Positions 35,971-50,231 of a DNA stretch of 64,000 bases are shown in pieces. The notes beneath the pieces are model-generated. The model saw nothing but the letters and a program-made list of their open reading frames with translations, was not told the origin of the DNA and searched no databases. Within the stretch, counting starts at the first letter, position 1. Every line of letters starts with the position of its first letter. Source of the stretch: Camelus ferus (lineage: Eukaryota); the NCBI RefSeq assembly GCF_009834535.1, contig NC_045698.1, forward strand, positions 4,962,001 to 5,026,000, read 5' to 3'. Both the position numbers and the translations under genes were made by a program.

Positions 35971-36576
35971 GAGTCAGCATGGTGCGCGCTTGGGTACGTG
36001 GTGACTGTGTGCTGATAGGCTGTCAGATGGGGGAGATGGGTCTGGCTTCTTCACCGCATCGCTGGTTCTTCTCCGTCAGCTGAAACTGCATCATCCCTGA
36101 CTGTTCTTCTCTTCATAAATCGTCCCGTTCTTTGATCTATCAGGCCTTAAATCTTCTTCAGCCAGTCTTAGACCTTCCTTTTCATGTAAACAATAGTTGT
36201 GTCCCCAAAGTCAAAATACCTAAATATGAATAAGGTCAAAGTTGGACTCCTCAAGTTTCTCTTTGTCCCTTTGCTCTTTGACTTGTTAAAGTTCCTTTTC
36301 TTTAGAAGAAGCAAAGACAGGGTTCTCCATACTGAGATGGAGCTTCTCATACTCCAAAGTTCTAAAAAATGGTTGAAATTAAAAAAAAAAAATGATGATG
36401 GGAAACAAGAAAGGATTCATTGTCTCTAAAAGCAATGAGAAATCCTTGAAAGGTGTAAAAGCAGACCTGAAGTGTTTGAAATAGAAATCCTCAACGCTAA
36501 ACTCATGAAATTGTGGGAAAAGGACCAAATGTATGTGGTAATTAGAGGAGGTGGCTATGAAGGGGGGGCAGGACAC

Positions 36577-36634
36577 CTGGGGGAGGGGTGCCTGAGCACT
36601 CTGGGGGAGGGGTGACTGAGCATTCTGGAGGGGG
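36577..36634. repeat. 24-bp G-rich tandem repeat x2.4
   Basis: ctgggggaggggtgcctgagcact / ctgggggaggggtgactgagcatt / ctggaggggg. Confidence 0.85.
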
Positions 36635-36989
36635 AGCGCCCAGGTGGCCCCATCCCACACACCTTGGCCAGGCAGCTGTTGAGGGGCCATCTGGATGGTT
36701 TGGGTGCAAGAGCAGGAAAGTGTCCTCATGGTCAGAGGGGCCTGGGACGGCCAGGCAGAAGTCAGGTTGCCCAGAGGGCATAGCCAGCAGCACATCAGGG
36801 CGCCCTCCACCCTCCCAGAGAAGCTGGGGCAACAGCGCCCCCCAGTATCCCTCCCTTCCCCTAAGGAGCCTGCAACCCAATGCAACAGGGTTTCTCAGAC
36901 ACAGAGACGAGTGTGAGATTCTAAATTGCTGGGTAAATGGAGGCCTAACAGTCCCAGCTCAGGGAGAGATGTTTACCCGATGAAATGCG

Positions 36990-37775
36990 CTTAACTGAGC
37001 AATCAGACTGCAGCTTGTAAGACGCTGATGTGCTGAACCTTCAGAGATGAAAGAGGATCTTACAAGAATAGAAAGAGCGTGAAAACTAAAAATTTGTTCA
37101 TGCAAATAAACATTTCAGCAGATCAGCTGAATAACGTGATGCACACAATGAAAGAACAAATTCTCCCACCAGAAGATGAGGGTGCAGAAGTCTTCCAGGA
37201 GGATAAGGAGAATGAAGCACGAAGGAACGTTTGGAAACATAGTGACTAGAGAGAGATTACAGTGTCAATCCAGCATGACTTTTAAAAGAAGGAAGAATAG
37301 AACGGAAGTCGAATCCGGAGAATTAGCAGAGAAGGATCTCCCAGGAGGACTCTCAGAGCTGGCTGAGAAGTACCTTAAAAAAAATGAACATCCAGACACA
37401 TGTAATGAAATTTCAAAAACAAAGTAGAGAATCCAAACCCTTTCAACTTTTAGACAAAAAAGACAAAATACAATAATTACATCAAATCAGCATGAGAATT
37501 CTTATATGGTAAGAATTATCCTATAATTAACAAGTATCAGAAGGTAATGAAAAATATCCTGAAATCTGAGACAAATAACCAGGATTAGAATTCTATGCTC
37601 AAAATGTAATTTTACTGTCAGGGCAGAATGTAGAATTGTTTAGATATCTGACAACTCAAAGCTCATGGTCACTAATACAATACAGGTCATGTTTACTGAC
37701 CAGAATATATTCCAGAGAAATGATATTGCAGATGCCACATTAACTGATCAAAGTACAATGAAATCAGAAATTAAA

Positions 37776-37819
<44 letters not shown>

Positions 37820-38820
37820 CTTCCACAAATTACCTGGAGAAAATAGACTTCGAAATAGTTTTGGATTAAGAAGGAAAATGGGCAAAATGGGTGAAGGTGG
37901 TCACCAGGTACAAACTGCATTATAAAATCAATGTCGTGGGGGTACAACGTACAGCATGGTGACAGTAGCTAACAACACTGTGTTGTCTACTTGAAGGTTG
38001 CTAAGAGAGTAGATCTTAAAAGTTCTCATCACAAGAAAAAACATTTACCTCTGTGAGTTGATGGATGTTAACTAAACTTATCGTGGTGATCATTTCATTA
38101 TATATACATAGATCAAATCACTATGTTACACACCTAAAACTAATACAATGTTACATGTCAATTATATCTCAGTTTAAAAAAGAATGAAGAAATAGCTCAA
38201 CCCTCATAAACCAAGACTTCTTCGCATTATTAGTAACCACCTCCCACCTCCCTGAGCATCCTGTCCTACTGTTTACACACTCAAGTATCTGACTTTCCAT
38301 GGGTCACAGGACACTTATTGCTTCAAACTGTTGCCAAAGTAATTTTCAGGATATTTTCCAAGACTTTAAAGAACTGCTTCAAAATGCATGCTGGGCCCCT
38401 CTTTCACTGCTTTTTTTTTTTTTTTTTTTGTCTAGAAGCACAAATTCACTTAAAGTATTACACACACACACCAAGAAATAATGAAAATTGAAAACTACTT
38501 AGAACTGAACAACAATAATCTTCTAAAACAATGAGATGAAATTAAAGTGGTATTGAAAGGAAAATTCATATTGTGAACACATTTATATAAAAAATTAAGT
38601 CTGAAAATCTGTGAAACGCTTTCAAACCAAGAAATTGAAAAAGAGCAATAACATAATCACTAAGAGAGCTTAGAGAAGGAATTAATGAAAGCAAAAGCAG
38701 AAATTAATAAAGTGAGAAACAATTTAAAAAGTATGTTTCATCAGTGAAGGAAAGCTTTTATTTGACACTAATAAAACAGACAGAACTCTGTTAAATACGA
38801 TCAAGGGAAAGGATAAGAAA
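36990..38820 (+). mobile_element. Ancient L1ME/HAL1-like ORF1-ORF2 fragments with a nested L1MA 3' end (37870-38185)
   Basis: A-rich degraded L1 motifs. The nested part reads acagcatggtgacagtagctaacaacactg...gttgctaagagagtagatcttaaaagttctcatcacaag. Confidence 0.65.
37781..37816. repeat. (AT)18 microsatellite
   Basis: Read directly. Confidence 0.97.
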
Positions 38821-39269
38821 GTAGGATGGTCAAAAATCCCACATTTAATATGACGTTGACAGTTTCAATGTTGGATCGCTTTTGTCTGTTAAACAGCATT
38901 ATACAAGAGGCCTTTTGTTAGTGCCTGAAATTTGCAACTGTGACTTGAAATCTCTACCAGCTGGGAAGGGACTTGCCAGTTGAGAGTGGAAAATAAGATA
39001 CACTGAAGAGAGGTGAAGAAAATGCTAGTGAAGTGAAACGTTTCTGTCTCCCCTGCACTGATCCCACTTCACTCGATGAACTGGTTTTGCAGTTTGCAGA
39101 GTATTACACACCAGTGAAAAGCTGGTCAAAGTCTCCAAGGTGGAAACATCTCAACATCCATCAGAATCCCTCAGCCCCTTTTCAGCAGTAAACAGAGGTG
39201 GAGGAGGCCGTGCTGCCCAGCATTCCCACATTTCCCCTACGTGACACGTGGCCATAAGTTCATTCAACG

Positions 39270-39553
39270 GAACGTGAGCAAAGGCACCTGTGCCCCTTCT
39301 AGGTCAGAGCATGACAATCAGACCATGCCTTCCCCATTCTCTTCAGTTTCTTACCAGGTGGAGGGCTATAATTCTCAAGTCAGAGCAAGCTTGGACAGCT
39401 CCTACAGAAAGACAGACTTCATCGACCTGGATCCCTGAGGGACTCTGTAGAGCCAGCCCCTGACAACCTGGGGCACCACCTTCAGATCATCCTGTGAGGC
39501 TGAAATAAAGTTCTTTCTTTTGAAGACACCCTATTTATTACAGCACCTTAACA
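39270..39553 (+). mobile_element. MLT1J/K-like MaLR LTR fragment
   Basis: cctggatccctgagggactctgtagagccagcccc...tgtgaggctgaaataaagttct...ttacagcacc. Confidence 0.5.
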
Positions 39554-40979
39554 TATTGGTTAATTCAAGTGTCATCCAAAATATGACATAGTGTTGGGAT
39601 TATGTTCAAATATCTTAGAAGGATTTTTTTGGTGATGTATTTATAGGTGATTATTTACTTCTGTATAACTGACTTCTTTCTGTTGTTTTGTTTTGTTTCT
39701 TCTATAATATCTACAATAAAAATGAATGACTTTTAATCAGAAAAAAATTTGTTTTGAAGTTTCGGTACACAGTATAGATAACATTAAGAATCTTAGCAAG
39801 AAGAACTACAGAGGGAATGGACAATCTGAATGACACAAAGCACAAGAAATGACCCCCAAGTGTCAGCACGTAGAAATGATGATACACCAGATCTTCTTAA
39901 ATAAAAGAAAGCACTTTTTCCAAAATGTCATTAATTCAGTTAATGACTAATATAAAGATGTTTTATAATTTCTGAAGGGTGTGTATGTATATATGTGTGT
40001 AGAATTTTTAATAACTTAGGACAATTTTAATAATTTAGAGCTTTAATGGGCAAGGACCAAGTTTAGTGGTTCAATTAATTGCTGACAAAATTTTTTGTAG
40101 CATGAGGAACACCATAGATATTATACATTGGGATTATGCACTCATCAGCAGCACATGCTCCATCATGCGATCATATGTAGCACTGTACGTGTGTGTAGGA
40201 ATGTCAGCGTGCTAACTCGTCATGGGAGAAGAGTGATTGAAACATGGATGATTCTTCAATTATTTTAACAACACGTTCTTCAAACAAAGTATCTCTGCTT
40301 CTGATTCTCCAGCCTTTGTTTTGCAGTTCCCCAGTGTTTCTCTCCCTCAGTTTGAAAAAGACTGGGACAGTATGACCCTGTATTAACAGCACATATTGGA
40401 CCTTTTTTTCTACTCCTTTGCATATGTTATCTCACCAAGACTCTGCAGAAGTTCTAGGGATGATGTTCAAATTTCTCCCGTAAGACTGGTCAGATGTCTT
40501 AAATTCATCCTTCATTTATGTCAGTTCGTTACCTAAGAAGCCATGTTACTCTCCACACGCCCACATGTTCCTGATCCTGAGTCTGGCCTTTCACCAAGTA
40601 GGACGTAGGTGGACGGCACTGCTTTCTCTGTCGGGCCCCAGATGCAATAAATCACATGTTATCTTATCTCTCACTGTCCACTGCTCCGAGTCCCCAAGGA
40701 AGGACCAATAAGGATGTCTATCAGCTCCAGCGAAGTCAGCTCTGACTGACTCAGATTTTCCAAAACAATAAACAGGGTAGAGAAAATGTCTAAAGAAAAA
40801 AATTAAAACTCCACCCTTTAATGAATAGAAAACAAAAATTATCTTCTTTGCTTTCTCTGATATTAATAATTTGGGAATAAATCTTGTTCTATAGACAATG
40901 TTTTTAAAAATTGAACAAGAATGTATGATTGCCAATGATTTTTTTCAATTTAAAATAATGTTTTTATTTATTATTGCTG

Positions 40980-41228
40980 ACCTAACATACAACATGGTGA
41001 CTATAGTTACCAATGATGCTTTATATACTTGAAATTTGCTAAGATTATATCACAAGAGTTCTCACCACACACACAAGAAAGTAATTACATAAAGTGATTG
41101 GATATGTTAATTAGCTTGGTTGTGTAATCATTTCACAATGTATACAAATGTCAAACATCACATTGTACACCTTAAATATACACAATTTTTAATTGTCAGT
41201 AATACCTCAATAAATCTGGGAAAAAAAT
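40980..41228 (+). mobile_element. L1MA-type 3' end
   Basis: atacaacatggtgactatagtt...gaaatttgctaag...cattgtacaccttaaatatacacaatt...acctcaataaatctgggaaaaaaa. Confidence 0.88.
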
Positions 41229-41749
41229 TTAAGTGAAGCCAGGGGTAGTATCGTTAAGTAGACTGTATATTTATTACAAATATTTTAATAAATTGGTAAA
41301 CATAGCTCATAGTCAACAGCCTTCGAGAGGGGACTGTAATTGCCATTGATTTTATAAAGAGCTAAAATAAATTCATCATCTGATATAAGAGGAAACCACA
41401 CAAAATAGAATCTTAGTAAAACCAAAATATAATCATTTAAAAAATCTCAGAATAAAATGAATTGTTTATATTCCTAACAATATATTCACATACCTATAAT
41501 TCATTGTCTCCTTCTTCTAGAGATTTCTTTTCCCCTCAAGTGATGTGTGTTTTCGCTTTTATCTCAAGTGTTGACATATATTCCTTTTTCTTGGTTGGAC
41601 AGTTCTCACAGAGCTGAAAACTGAAGCCTGAGATGTGCGCATCGTTAGCGATTCCACACCCCACAGAACTGTCCTTTCCATCAGCATGCTGATAAATGGC
41701 TCGGCACAGTTGAACCTTAGGAGAGTTGCTAGAGCGCCCAGTAAAATCA

Positions 41750-42180
41750 CGGGGTCTTCCGGAGGAGACAGGAAGGCAGGTTTACCCGCGTGGGTAAACA
41801 GCTACCTGGCAATAGCTTGGGGGGCGAGGGGGGGGGGGCCAGGCTACAATAATGCACTGGGAAGACTGAGGCGTCCGGGTTGATGCGGAAAAGTGGCACC
41901 ACAGCTGTCACCGTGCCGCGGCGCCCCCCCGGAGCGCGGAGTCACCAGGGGCGAGCCACCCCGCTGCCGCGCGCTCGCAGACGCGGCGTGTCACTGAGCG
42001 GCAGGGCAGGCGGCGGCCGCGGCGGGAGGAAGGCCGGCTGGCGTCTCGGAGGCAGCGCCGCCTGGGTCCCGCCACGGAAGCGCGTTCCTTCTGAGCCGTC
42101 CTCTCTCACGCTCCCGTGGGAACACTCTCCTTGTGCCAGCTCGGGAAACAGACCCGCACACGCTCCATCAAGTCAGGGGA
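41750..42180. promoter_or_regulatory. Small CpG island, probable promoter
   Basis: Dense CpG/GC (gccgcggcgcccccccggagcgcgg, ggcggcggccgcggcggg), ETS-like cggaag near 42075, and Forkhead and X-box-like motifs at 41780-41813. Confidence 0.7.
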
Positions 42181-43031
42181 TGGACTCCACTGAGGACAGC
42201 TTCATTTTCCTTCTCCCTCTGACCCTGGAGAAGTGACATCGGTGTGCCTCCACGCGGGGGGAAATGGAGCAAATAAAATCCCGAGTCACCTGTCAGACCA
42301 TCAGGCCCCGAAGGTGTTCCCGAATGCTGCCATCAGGGAGGCTGTTTTTCTCCTACAGTTGGTGGAGGTGTTTTGCACGAGTCAAAAGAGCATTCTTTTT
42401 GCTATTGATTTTTTAACAGTTCTATGAGTTTTAACTCGTGTATAGATTTGTAAGCCAACATCCCAGGATACGATTTAGTGTCAAAGAGAGCACCCCAAAA
42501 CTCTCTTGCTACCCCTCTCTGGGCACACCCCACCCCCACCCGGAACCCCCGGGACTGCTGATTTATTCAATATTGATATTTTTTTAATTTAAAAAAGAAA
42601 CTAAGAGGAATGTAGGTTTGTAGTTACACTTCCCATTTTACCCAAAGTAGTCAGAGAGGAAACCTTGCTTTTGTTGTTGAGCAAATTGATTGACTTGTCC
42701 TAATAAAAGGAACGTACAAGCAGAGAAGTGTATGTTCAGAGAGAGAGAAAGAGCGATAAAGGGTTACCTTTGCCATTGTATTGTCCCATGTCTACATCAG
42801 ATAAATGGGAAGCTGTCCTGTTTTTAAAGCTGGATGGAAAGGAAGAGATTCTACCATTTCCCACTTTAACGTAACAATGTAGTATCAGGTCATTCTCCAA
42901 ATAGGAGGGCTTTGCCCCCCTAAGCTTGATGTACTGTTATGTAGATACATGTAATATAAATACAGTAAATATATAGATATACATAGTGTGTGTGTATATG
43001 TCACGTATAAAATATCTAATATATATGTTAC

Positions 43032-43058
43032 ATAGATAGATAGATAGATAGATAGATA
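43032..43058. repeat. (GATA)n tetranucleotide microsatellite
   Basis: atagatagatagatagatagatagata read directly. Confidence 0.95.
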
Positions 43059-46000
43059 ATGATTGCTAGATACTGGTAGAGATAAATAATTTACTAAATG
43101 AATCTTACTATCTCCTCAGTCTTTTCTTCTTAAGGCTAAATGATTTTCTCCTTCAAGAATCTGCCTTTTTTCCCCTAAATATGTTAATAATTTCATGATC
43201 TCTCCACAAAGATCTCTCAAGTCCTTCTTGTCATTCTTAAGCTGTGCGATCCTGCCTGCCTCCCATCTCTCAGAGTCTGAGCACAGAGACATGACCGTGT
43301 CACGTGCAACGGCAATGCAAGAATCGCTCCGGCTCAGGAACACATCCTGCATTAGCGCGGGGAGGGCTTGCTATCACAGGGGACACCGGGTTTCGTGCCC
43401 AGGGGCCCTGTTTGTGGCGTGTCTGATACATATCTTTTCTTTTTAAAGCACTACCTTATCCCTAGGCATGTTCTGGTTTCTGTGCAAAACCATTTCTTTC
43501 TGTGCTTAATGAGACCGTGTCTATAAAGCACTTGCAAGAGTGGCAAGTTCACGAGGAGTGGATGTAAGTTCTGTCACGGTTGTCACTGTGCTTGCGTGCA
43601 GTGAGCTTTCCAACTTTTGACATGTGGTTTTCATTCCCATTCTATCCTTCAGTGGAAGACTGTACTTTCAGGGATCATTTCTGTAGTTCCTTTCCCTTCA
43701 GTGACTTACTCCTTAATCCTCAGCCCTGCCCGATCCCCCCGACACACAGTGAAACTCACAAATAGGACGTTTAGTTACATTATTTATATTCTGTTTCAAG
43801 ATGGATCCAAGTGAGGACCGTTCGGAATCCCAGTTAAATTCCTTATATGCCTCCTCAACCAACTGACACTCATCTGATCGGTTGCTGTTGTGTTATATTT
43901 TAGAACATTCTGAGTTGTAAGAATAGAGCCATTGATTCCAAACTGCTGATGATGGGTTTTAGATAACAGAACATCTGTTATTCATAAAATATTTTCTTGA
44001 AATTAAAGACACCTAAAAGCAGATGAAATTAATATTGAATAATTTACTTGATTTTCAAATAAACATTGTGCATTTGTGACGCTTTGACGATTTTTCAATT
44101 TTTGGAGGAAGGTTCAGAGACATTAATTACAGAAGACTTAACTACTAATGTTGCTCTTGGTTACTCAATCACCTTTACTTTATCATTGAGTATTTTGAAT
44201 ATCATTTGTGCAAGAATGAACACTTACTGTATTTTTACTCAGCAGTTAGTCTTTGAATGTATTCTTGAGAGGACTTTCTTTTTCTTGGGAATAAAATATC
44301 CTTTTATAAGTACTCAGTTTCTGATGTTCATAGAGTTCCAGGCATAATTTTCCAAGATATTTTTAACTGATGAAAACCAATTGTTTTTGGAATCATTAAT
44401 GCAATTTTGGTTGCTTCTGAAGACATTTGTCACTTCAGTTTACATGAGGCTCATGCACTAGCATGTTCACTTATACTGGTAGGGGCCTTGTCCACCAACA
44501 TTAAAATCATTTTGCAAGCCTTCTTTGGAGTCACATCATAACAGTGTACAGATTATAAGGACATCTTTAAGGCAAGCTGATGACATTACAGGTATTTTAC
44601 AGGCTACAGTGGGATCAGGGTTAGCCCTACTCTCGCCCTATTAACTGCCAAACGTGGGCCCTACAAAGTCCTGTGAGCGCAGCTCCCATGTACACAGCCT
44701 GGGAGAATCTGACAGGGCAGCACGGTGTTTCCTGTAAATGGCTCAGAACAGCAAGGGGCATTCTTGTTAAAGATACTCAAACTCAGAATTTTTTTCTCTA
44801 CTAGGTCAAAATGGGCAGTACTGATTATAAAGCGACAATTAGAAACAGCCTGCACTGTTGGAGTTAACTGCTTATTCTAAGTCTGAAAAGAACATAAATT
44901 TTAGACCTGGCGGCTATGAATGCAGCTTCCATGTTAGCCTCATCGCTTGGAAATGGCCTGACAGGGTAGGGAACACTTGTCGGTGAGAAGCTCAGATGGA
45001 GAGATGGCAGGACCAGGATCCTGGAATAAGAGGAGGGACTGAGAACTTTGGGGAAGTCTGCTCTGTGACAGGTGACGCAAGAGCGGCGTCGGCGGAGCAC
45101 CTGGGCAAAGGCACAGGTCAGGCAGGTCAGGCAGAGTCAAGGCCAGGCGGGGTCATCGGGCAGAAAGTAGCCATCACAGTCCAAGGTGAAGATGGTGGCG
45201 TCCAGAGTGCTGTTTACGAGTCACAACTGGTCAGACAGAAATCTCCCAACTACCATGAATGACACCAGAGCCAGCTCTGCAGAAGCTGAAACACTAGCAG
45301 GGACTCCTATGCTGACCATCTGAGACACCTCCCATTAGCCATTTTCCACCAATTGAAGGGGTGCTTCATGGTCCCAGAAGGCTGGCTGGCTGCCTTCTGA
45401 AAAGCATGCTGAAAAAGTTCCTGTGGCCCCAATCATAATCCCGGGTTAGCAAGAGTGAGCATGGTCCTGAGCGGTCCCACCTGCAAGGTAACACTCTCGT
45501 CTTCATGATTTATTTGTGAAACAGGAACCCACATCACCCAGAGTCCACAGGTGGAGATACTGAGGCATGAGGGGCACACAGAACTCACCCGAGTTTACAC
45601 ACAACTGAGCAGAGCCGACCCTCATAACCAGTAAGAGCGCTGGCTTTCCGAGCAAGTGAAGTGTGATTTATCTGCTTGGCAACAGTGACTCAGCCCTACT
45701 GCCTGCCACCCAGAGACCCAGTGATGGGCAAACAATCCCGGTCCTGCCCTCACCAGGCTTTCATTCTGATGGAACAATGAGGTAAATGCCACAATCACTC
45801 TGCTGTTCTGGTTGGCTATTTATAAGTGTGCTTAAGGATACAGTCACTCAATTACCAGTAGTTATTCTATGTTGCTGCATTCAGTTGCTCTAATGTAATT
45901 CTTTATGTTGTCATTATTATACACGGTCAAGAACTTCTTAAGGAGCTGTTAAGGAGAAGTTCCTGAACAGAGGAGCCCAATTAGCTGCAGTCAAGACTGT

Positions 46001-46489
46001 GGTGCTGAAACCTGTCAAGGCAGGTAAGTAAGTGGCAGTCGGTCTCTAAGCAAATGCTGTACACTGTAGCCTGCAAAATCCACCCCCACTGCATGAGTGA
46101 CATGTTACCGAAGCTTGCCCAAGGTAGGCAGACTGCAAAGGAGCCTGAATACGGTAATACTGAAATCTATGCATGTTCAGGTAGTCAGATGGGAAAAAAA
46201 AAATTAGACACCACAGATGCGATGCAAATTAGAACGGGCTTTGTTGGCATTACACATTCTGTGCGCAAGGGAGGGTAGTGATGGATGTGTTGCAAGGGAG
46301 AAAGCAGCTAATGAGATAGGAAGCTAATCAGAATCTGAAAGGAGAGGTTTCTGATTGTGTTCATATTCAGCTCCGAAAAAGCAGGTTGTGTCCTAGAAAA
46401 CGCCACCATCATTAGAGGTAGTCCTCTACTGTGTCGCTCCATGTCCTAACCTTCCACGTCATCATCAGGACATCCATCAGAAGCAAACA

Positions 46490-47160
46490 GAAGATGAGTG
46501 AATTAATTAGTTAATTTGATGAACATGTGTTGCATTTCTACACGTCCCTGTTGCTAGTCTAGCATCATGCACAACAGAAAAGATCCCTGCATCCTAGTAG
46601 GTGGAAGTGGAGAGTAAGTAATGTACATGATAAACAAATTAACACCATTTTCAGACGATCAGTGCTCTGGGGTAGGGGGATAGCAAGTTCAGAGCAGGAG
46701 ACCTGGGTGTGCACAGGATGGGCTCAGCTGCCCTGTTCAAAGAGGGTGGGAGGGAGAGTGTGTGGAGAAGGTGACGTATGAGCAAAGACCTGAAGGAGGT
46801 GAGGGAGGGAGCCAGGTGGATATCTGGGGGAGAGAATTCTGGGGCAAAGGGACAGTCTGTGCCAAGGCGTTAGAGAGGATGTGTGTCTGATATGTGAAAT
46901 CATATCAAGGAGGCCGATGAGGCCAGTGCAGGGTGAGGAGGAGATAAAAGGGACAGAATCCGAGAAGCACAGGGCGGTCCATCGTGCGGGGCCTGGGGGT
47001 CCCTCTAAGGCTGTAACTGCTGCTCCCGTGGCACCCAGAGCCATCGGAGGATTTGAGAAAGGAGTGGAGTCGGACTCGTCTTTTACAAGGATCACAGGCG
47101 CTGTGTTGAACATAGAATGGGAAGGGGGTTACAGGAGGGCTAGTTAAGAGATAGTTTCAA
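46490..47160 (-). mobile_element. L2
   Basis: gagcaaagacctgaaggaggtgagggagggagccaggtggatatctgggggagagaattct...gtgccaaggc is classic antisense L2. Confidence 0.85.
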
Positions 47161-48599
47161 CTAGAAATTTCCAGATCATTGTAAAACTTACCATTATTAT
47201 TAAATATTCTCTTAGAATTTGGTTTTCCAAATTATACATTCAGATACTAAACAAAACCTAATACTGTACTAATGAGAGTTACTCAGTGAGGGCAGAACTG
47301 TGTCGACCCTACGAGAGTCTGCCCCCCAGCACAGAACCTTCCCTGACCACCGGGAATTCCCTGGAGCTGGTCCTTGGTCCCAGTACAGGTGGGTTCTGGT
47401 TGCATCTTTCCCCTCGTGGCTCTCTCCCTCTTGTTTTCCTCTTGGGGGCTTCCAGCCTCTCCCTCCGCAAACCTTTTGGTTTGTTACGATTTCTTTCCCT
47501 AGTCTTTGATCCCTGTCTACCTGCCAACCTATTGCTTGTGACTCTACTGAAAGCCCACTGAGAACTTGGTGGAGAACTTTGGGAGAGGAAGGAAGTCTTC
47601 CCTCTAGCTCTGACCGTGGTCCCCAGCGAACTCAGAAGCTGCAGGGGTGGGTCGAGTCGCAGTAATATTCCCTGAGAACTACCACGGCCGGGGAGCTGGA
47701 AATAGTGGAGGTCAATAAAACCCACACATCTCCATCCACTCATTTTTGCAAAACAGCAATTTTGAATGTGACTTTAGAAATCTAATCAGTCTCCAAGGAC
47801 TAAAGGCATTAAAGTAGGTTGTCATTGAAAAATTAATAAGCTATTTAGAAACCTACTAGTCGTGCTCTGTCCTGTATTCACCTTTCTTTTCCTTCAGAGG
47901 GATCTACCCCCTTTTTCCCTGTGCTCTGTTGAATGCATACTAAACTGAACTTCACCTCAAATCTCTTATAGCCTGAATAAGCTGGGACTTCACTAATATG
48001 GGTGATTGCTCCTAATTTGCACCTACTCTTCTGAGGCTTGACGCATGGCGGTTGTATGCAATCCTCCTTTTTGCCATTAAGGAACGTTTCAAGTGAATTC
48101 AAACAATTCACCTGGTCAGAGACTTGGAAGGTCACTGTGATGGATAATTAAACCTCTTTAAGTCTTCCCTGGAAATAAAATACAGATTGTTTGATATGAA
48201 ACCTTCTCAATGGATGATGAGCTACTTCTGGGAAAAAGAACATTAAACTGAATTCAAGTGGTGGTCTGCTGATCCGAGCGGTGTTCCATTGAGGGTGGCT
48301 CCCCCTCCCCGTAGGACTTCTGGGCACCTGCCAGGGCAGCCGCTGGCAAACACTGTGAGTCGGCTTTGTCGCCGGCTTTTGGTGCCCTGGGGCATAAGAT
48401 GCTGAACACTTTGCACAGCAAACCCTCTCCCTCAAAATGCACCGAGCAACTCCATTGCGCTGAGCACTGGTGATCGTACAGGAGTCAGGCTGCTCTCGGG
48501 GAGGAAGTTGGATCTGTGCTACAACGACTGGGGGAGAAGTCATTATTTCATCCAATTATGGAAATTTGTCTTGTGATTTCATCATCATTATTATTGACT

Positions 48600-49590
48600 A
48601 TGCGCAATAATTAAGGAACAAATTCCCAAACTCCAACGGCAATGTCTGTTACTCTATTTCAGTCTGACGTCGCCTCGTATCTTTATCACTACAACATTGG
48701 TTTCATTCTTACCCTTTCAATCCATCTGGTATATTTTCTAACGTTCTTTGAATTCTGTGATTTTGTGTAGGACTCTCTAGCTCAGAGACCTTAATGGCTC
48801 CCTATTTCAGAGCCAAATTTCTCAGCTTGGATTTCAAAGCTTTGGGAAAAAAAAAAAAAGTTCTCCCAACCAGCCTCACATTCATGCCCTTCCCAAAGAC
48901 AACTCTGCCACTGGGCCAGGACAGTCCCTTCACTTGCTCACAAATAACTCTCCCTTCCTGCCACCTCGCCTTGATGATGCCTCTTTCCCTGCGATGGCAG
49001 CATCCTCCCTTTTCCTCTGCTTTTCAGGTTATACTGATCTTTCAAGAACTAATTTTATTCTTCCTCATCTTCAATACAGTACATGAAACACTTAAGAGCC
49101 TGAGCTTTGGAAGCAATCTAAGATAAAATCTAAGCCTTACCTCACACTGAGAATTATTTAATCTTTTTCAAACTCAGTTCCCTCATCTATAAAATGGGAG
49201 TAATAATTCTATCTCAGAGTATCACTAAAATTATTAAATGAAATACATATAAATTATTTATTGTAGTACCTGGTATACAGTAAGTTTCTGAACAAGGAAT
49301 GGAAATTGGTGAGCATCCATCCAGGATAATTCACGTCTCACTCAGTACACCTGCCTCTCTGACCCTGTTGTCCACTGGTCTCTTTAGAACTTACAGTTTC
49401 CATCTAATAAATTAGAAAACAATTGTACATCATTGATAAAATAGTGTAATCTACCAGCGGGGTGTCCCAATTAGACTAAAAGCCCTTTGAGGGCAAGTAA
49501 AGTGTTTGCATCCCTTCTGCGTCTCCACAGTATCTGGTGCAAAGGTGAGCACGCTGAAGATGCTGAACAAACAAGGACTCATCTGTTCAT
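48600..49590 (+). mobile_element. L2 interrupted by a MIR (about 49085-49295)
   Basis: L2 3' end (agactaaaagccctttgagggca..cacagtatctggtgca) and MIR core (ctcagttccctcatctataaaatgggagtaataat). Confidence 0.75.
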
Positions 49591-49823
49591 CGTTCAGCCT
49601 GCCAAACACACCAGCCACTCTGAGGTCCTGGGAGCAGGCTGATGAGTAAATGCACTCACTTCCTGCTAGAAGCTCACCAGTGAGCACAGGAGACAGACAG
49701 GTATGGAAGAATGGGAGGGTTTAGTCATAGAGGTAGTCACTTCTCCAGTATTGCTCTAAATAAGTTTGTCTTATAAGCATATTTTATTCATATTAGAGCC
49801 AAACGAATGACTCCTTACATAAG

Positions 49824-50231
49824 CAGTGTACCAGTAAATGATTAGCAGCTAGCTCTTAAGGAAAACAAAAAAGCCCTGGTTTGTGTATTGGCCAATTTCC
49901 ATGGTGTAAATGCTCCCACCGTGGCCAATTTCAAGCAACCAACGTGACACTGCTGAACTTGGAGTTGCAAAGAAATGTACTACCTTACACACTATAGAGC
50001 ACTGCCACCGTATGTACATGCAATAGATGAAAATAATTTTAAAAGCATAGATAATGGAAAAATACAAAGAATTAAGAGATAACGTGCTTTGAATATTTAT
50101 CATATTTTAATATATGTAGAAATGATTAAATTATAACTTTATAGAATTTAATTTTAATAATGGCTGTGTTTAACAGCCCAAAAATGTAATTATTCTCATG
50201 AGTTTGTATGAGCTGGCTCCAAATAGCACTG
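49824..50231 (-). mobile_element. MER63B-like hAT-Blackjack element
   Basis: gccaatttccatggtgtaaatgctcccaccgtggccaatttcaagcaaccaacgtgac...aataatggctgtgtttaac...gagctggctcca. Confidence 0.8.

Noticed and set aside
36379..36983. Overlapping 112-168 aa ORFs on both strands
   Set aside because: Explained by G/C-rich low-complexity sequence and a tandem duplication.
41880..42236. 118-aa Arg/Gly-rich ORF over the CpG island
   Set aside because: Typical chance ORF in GC-rich DNA, with no domain and no supporting splice structure.
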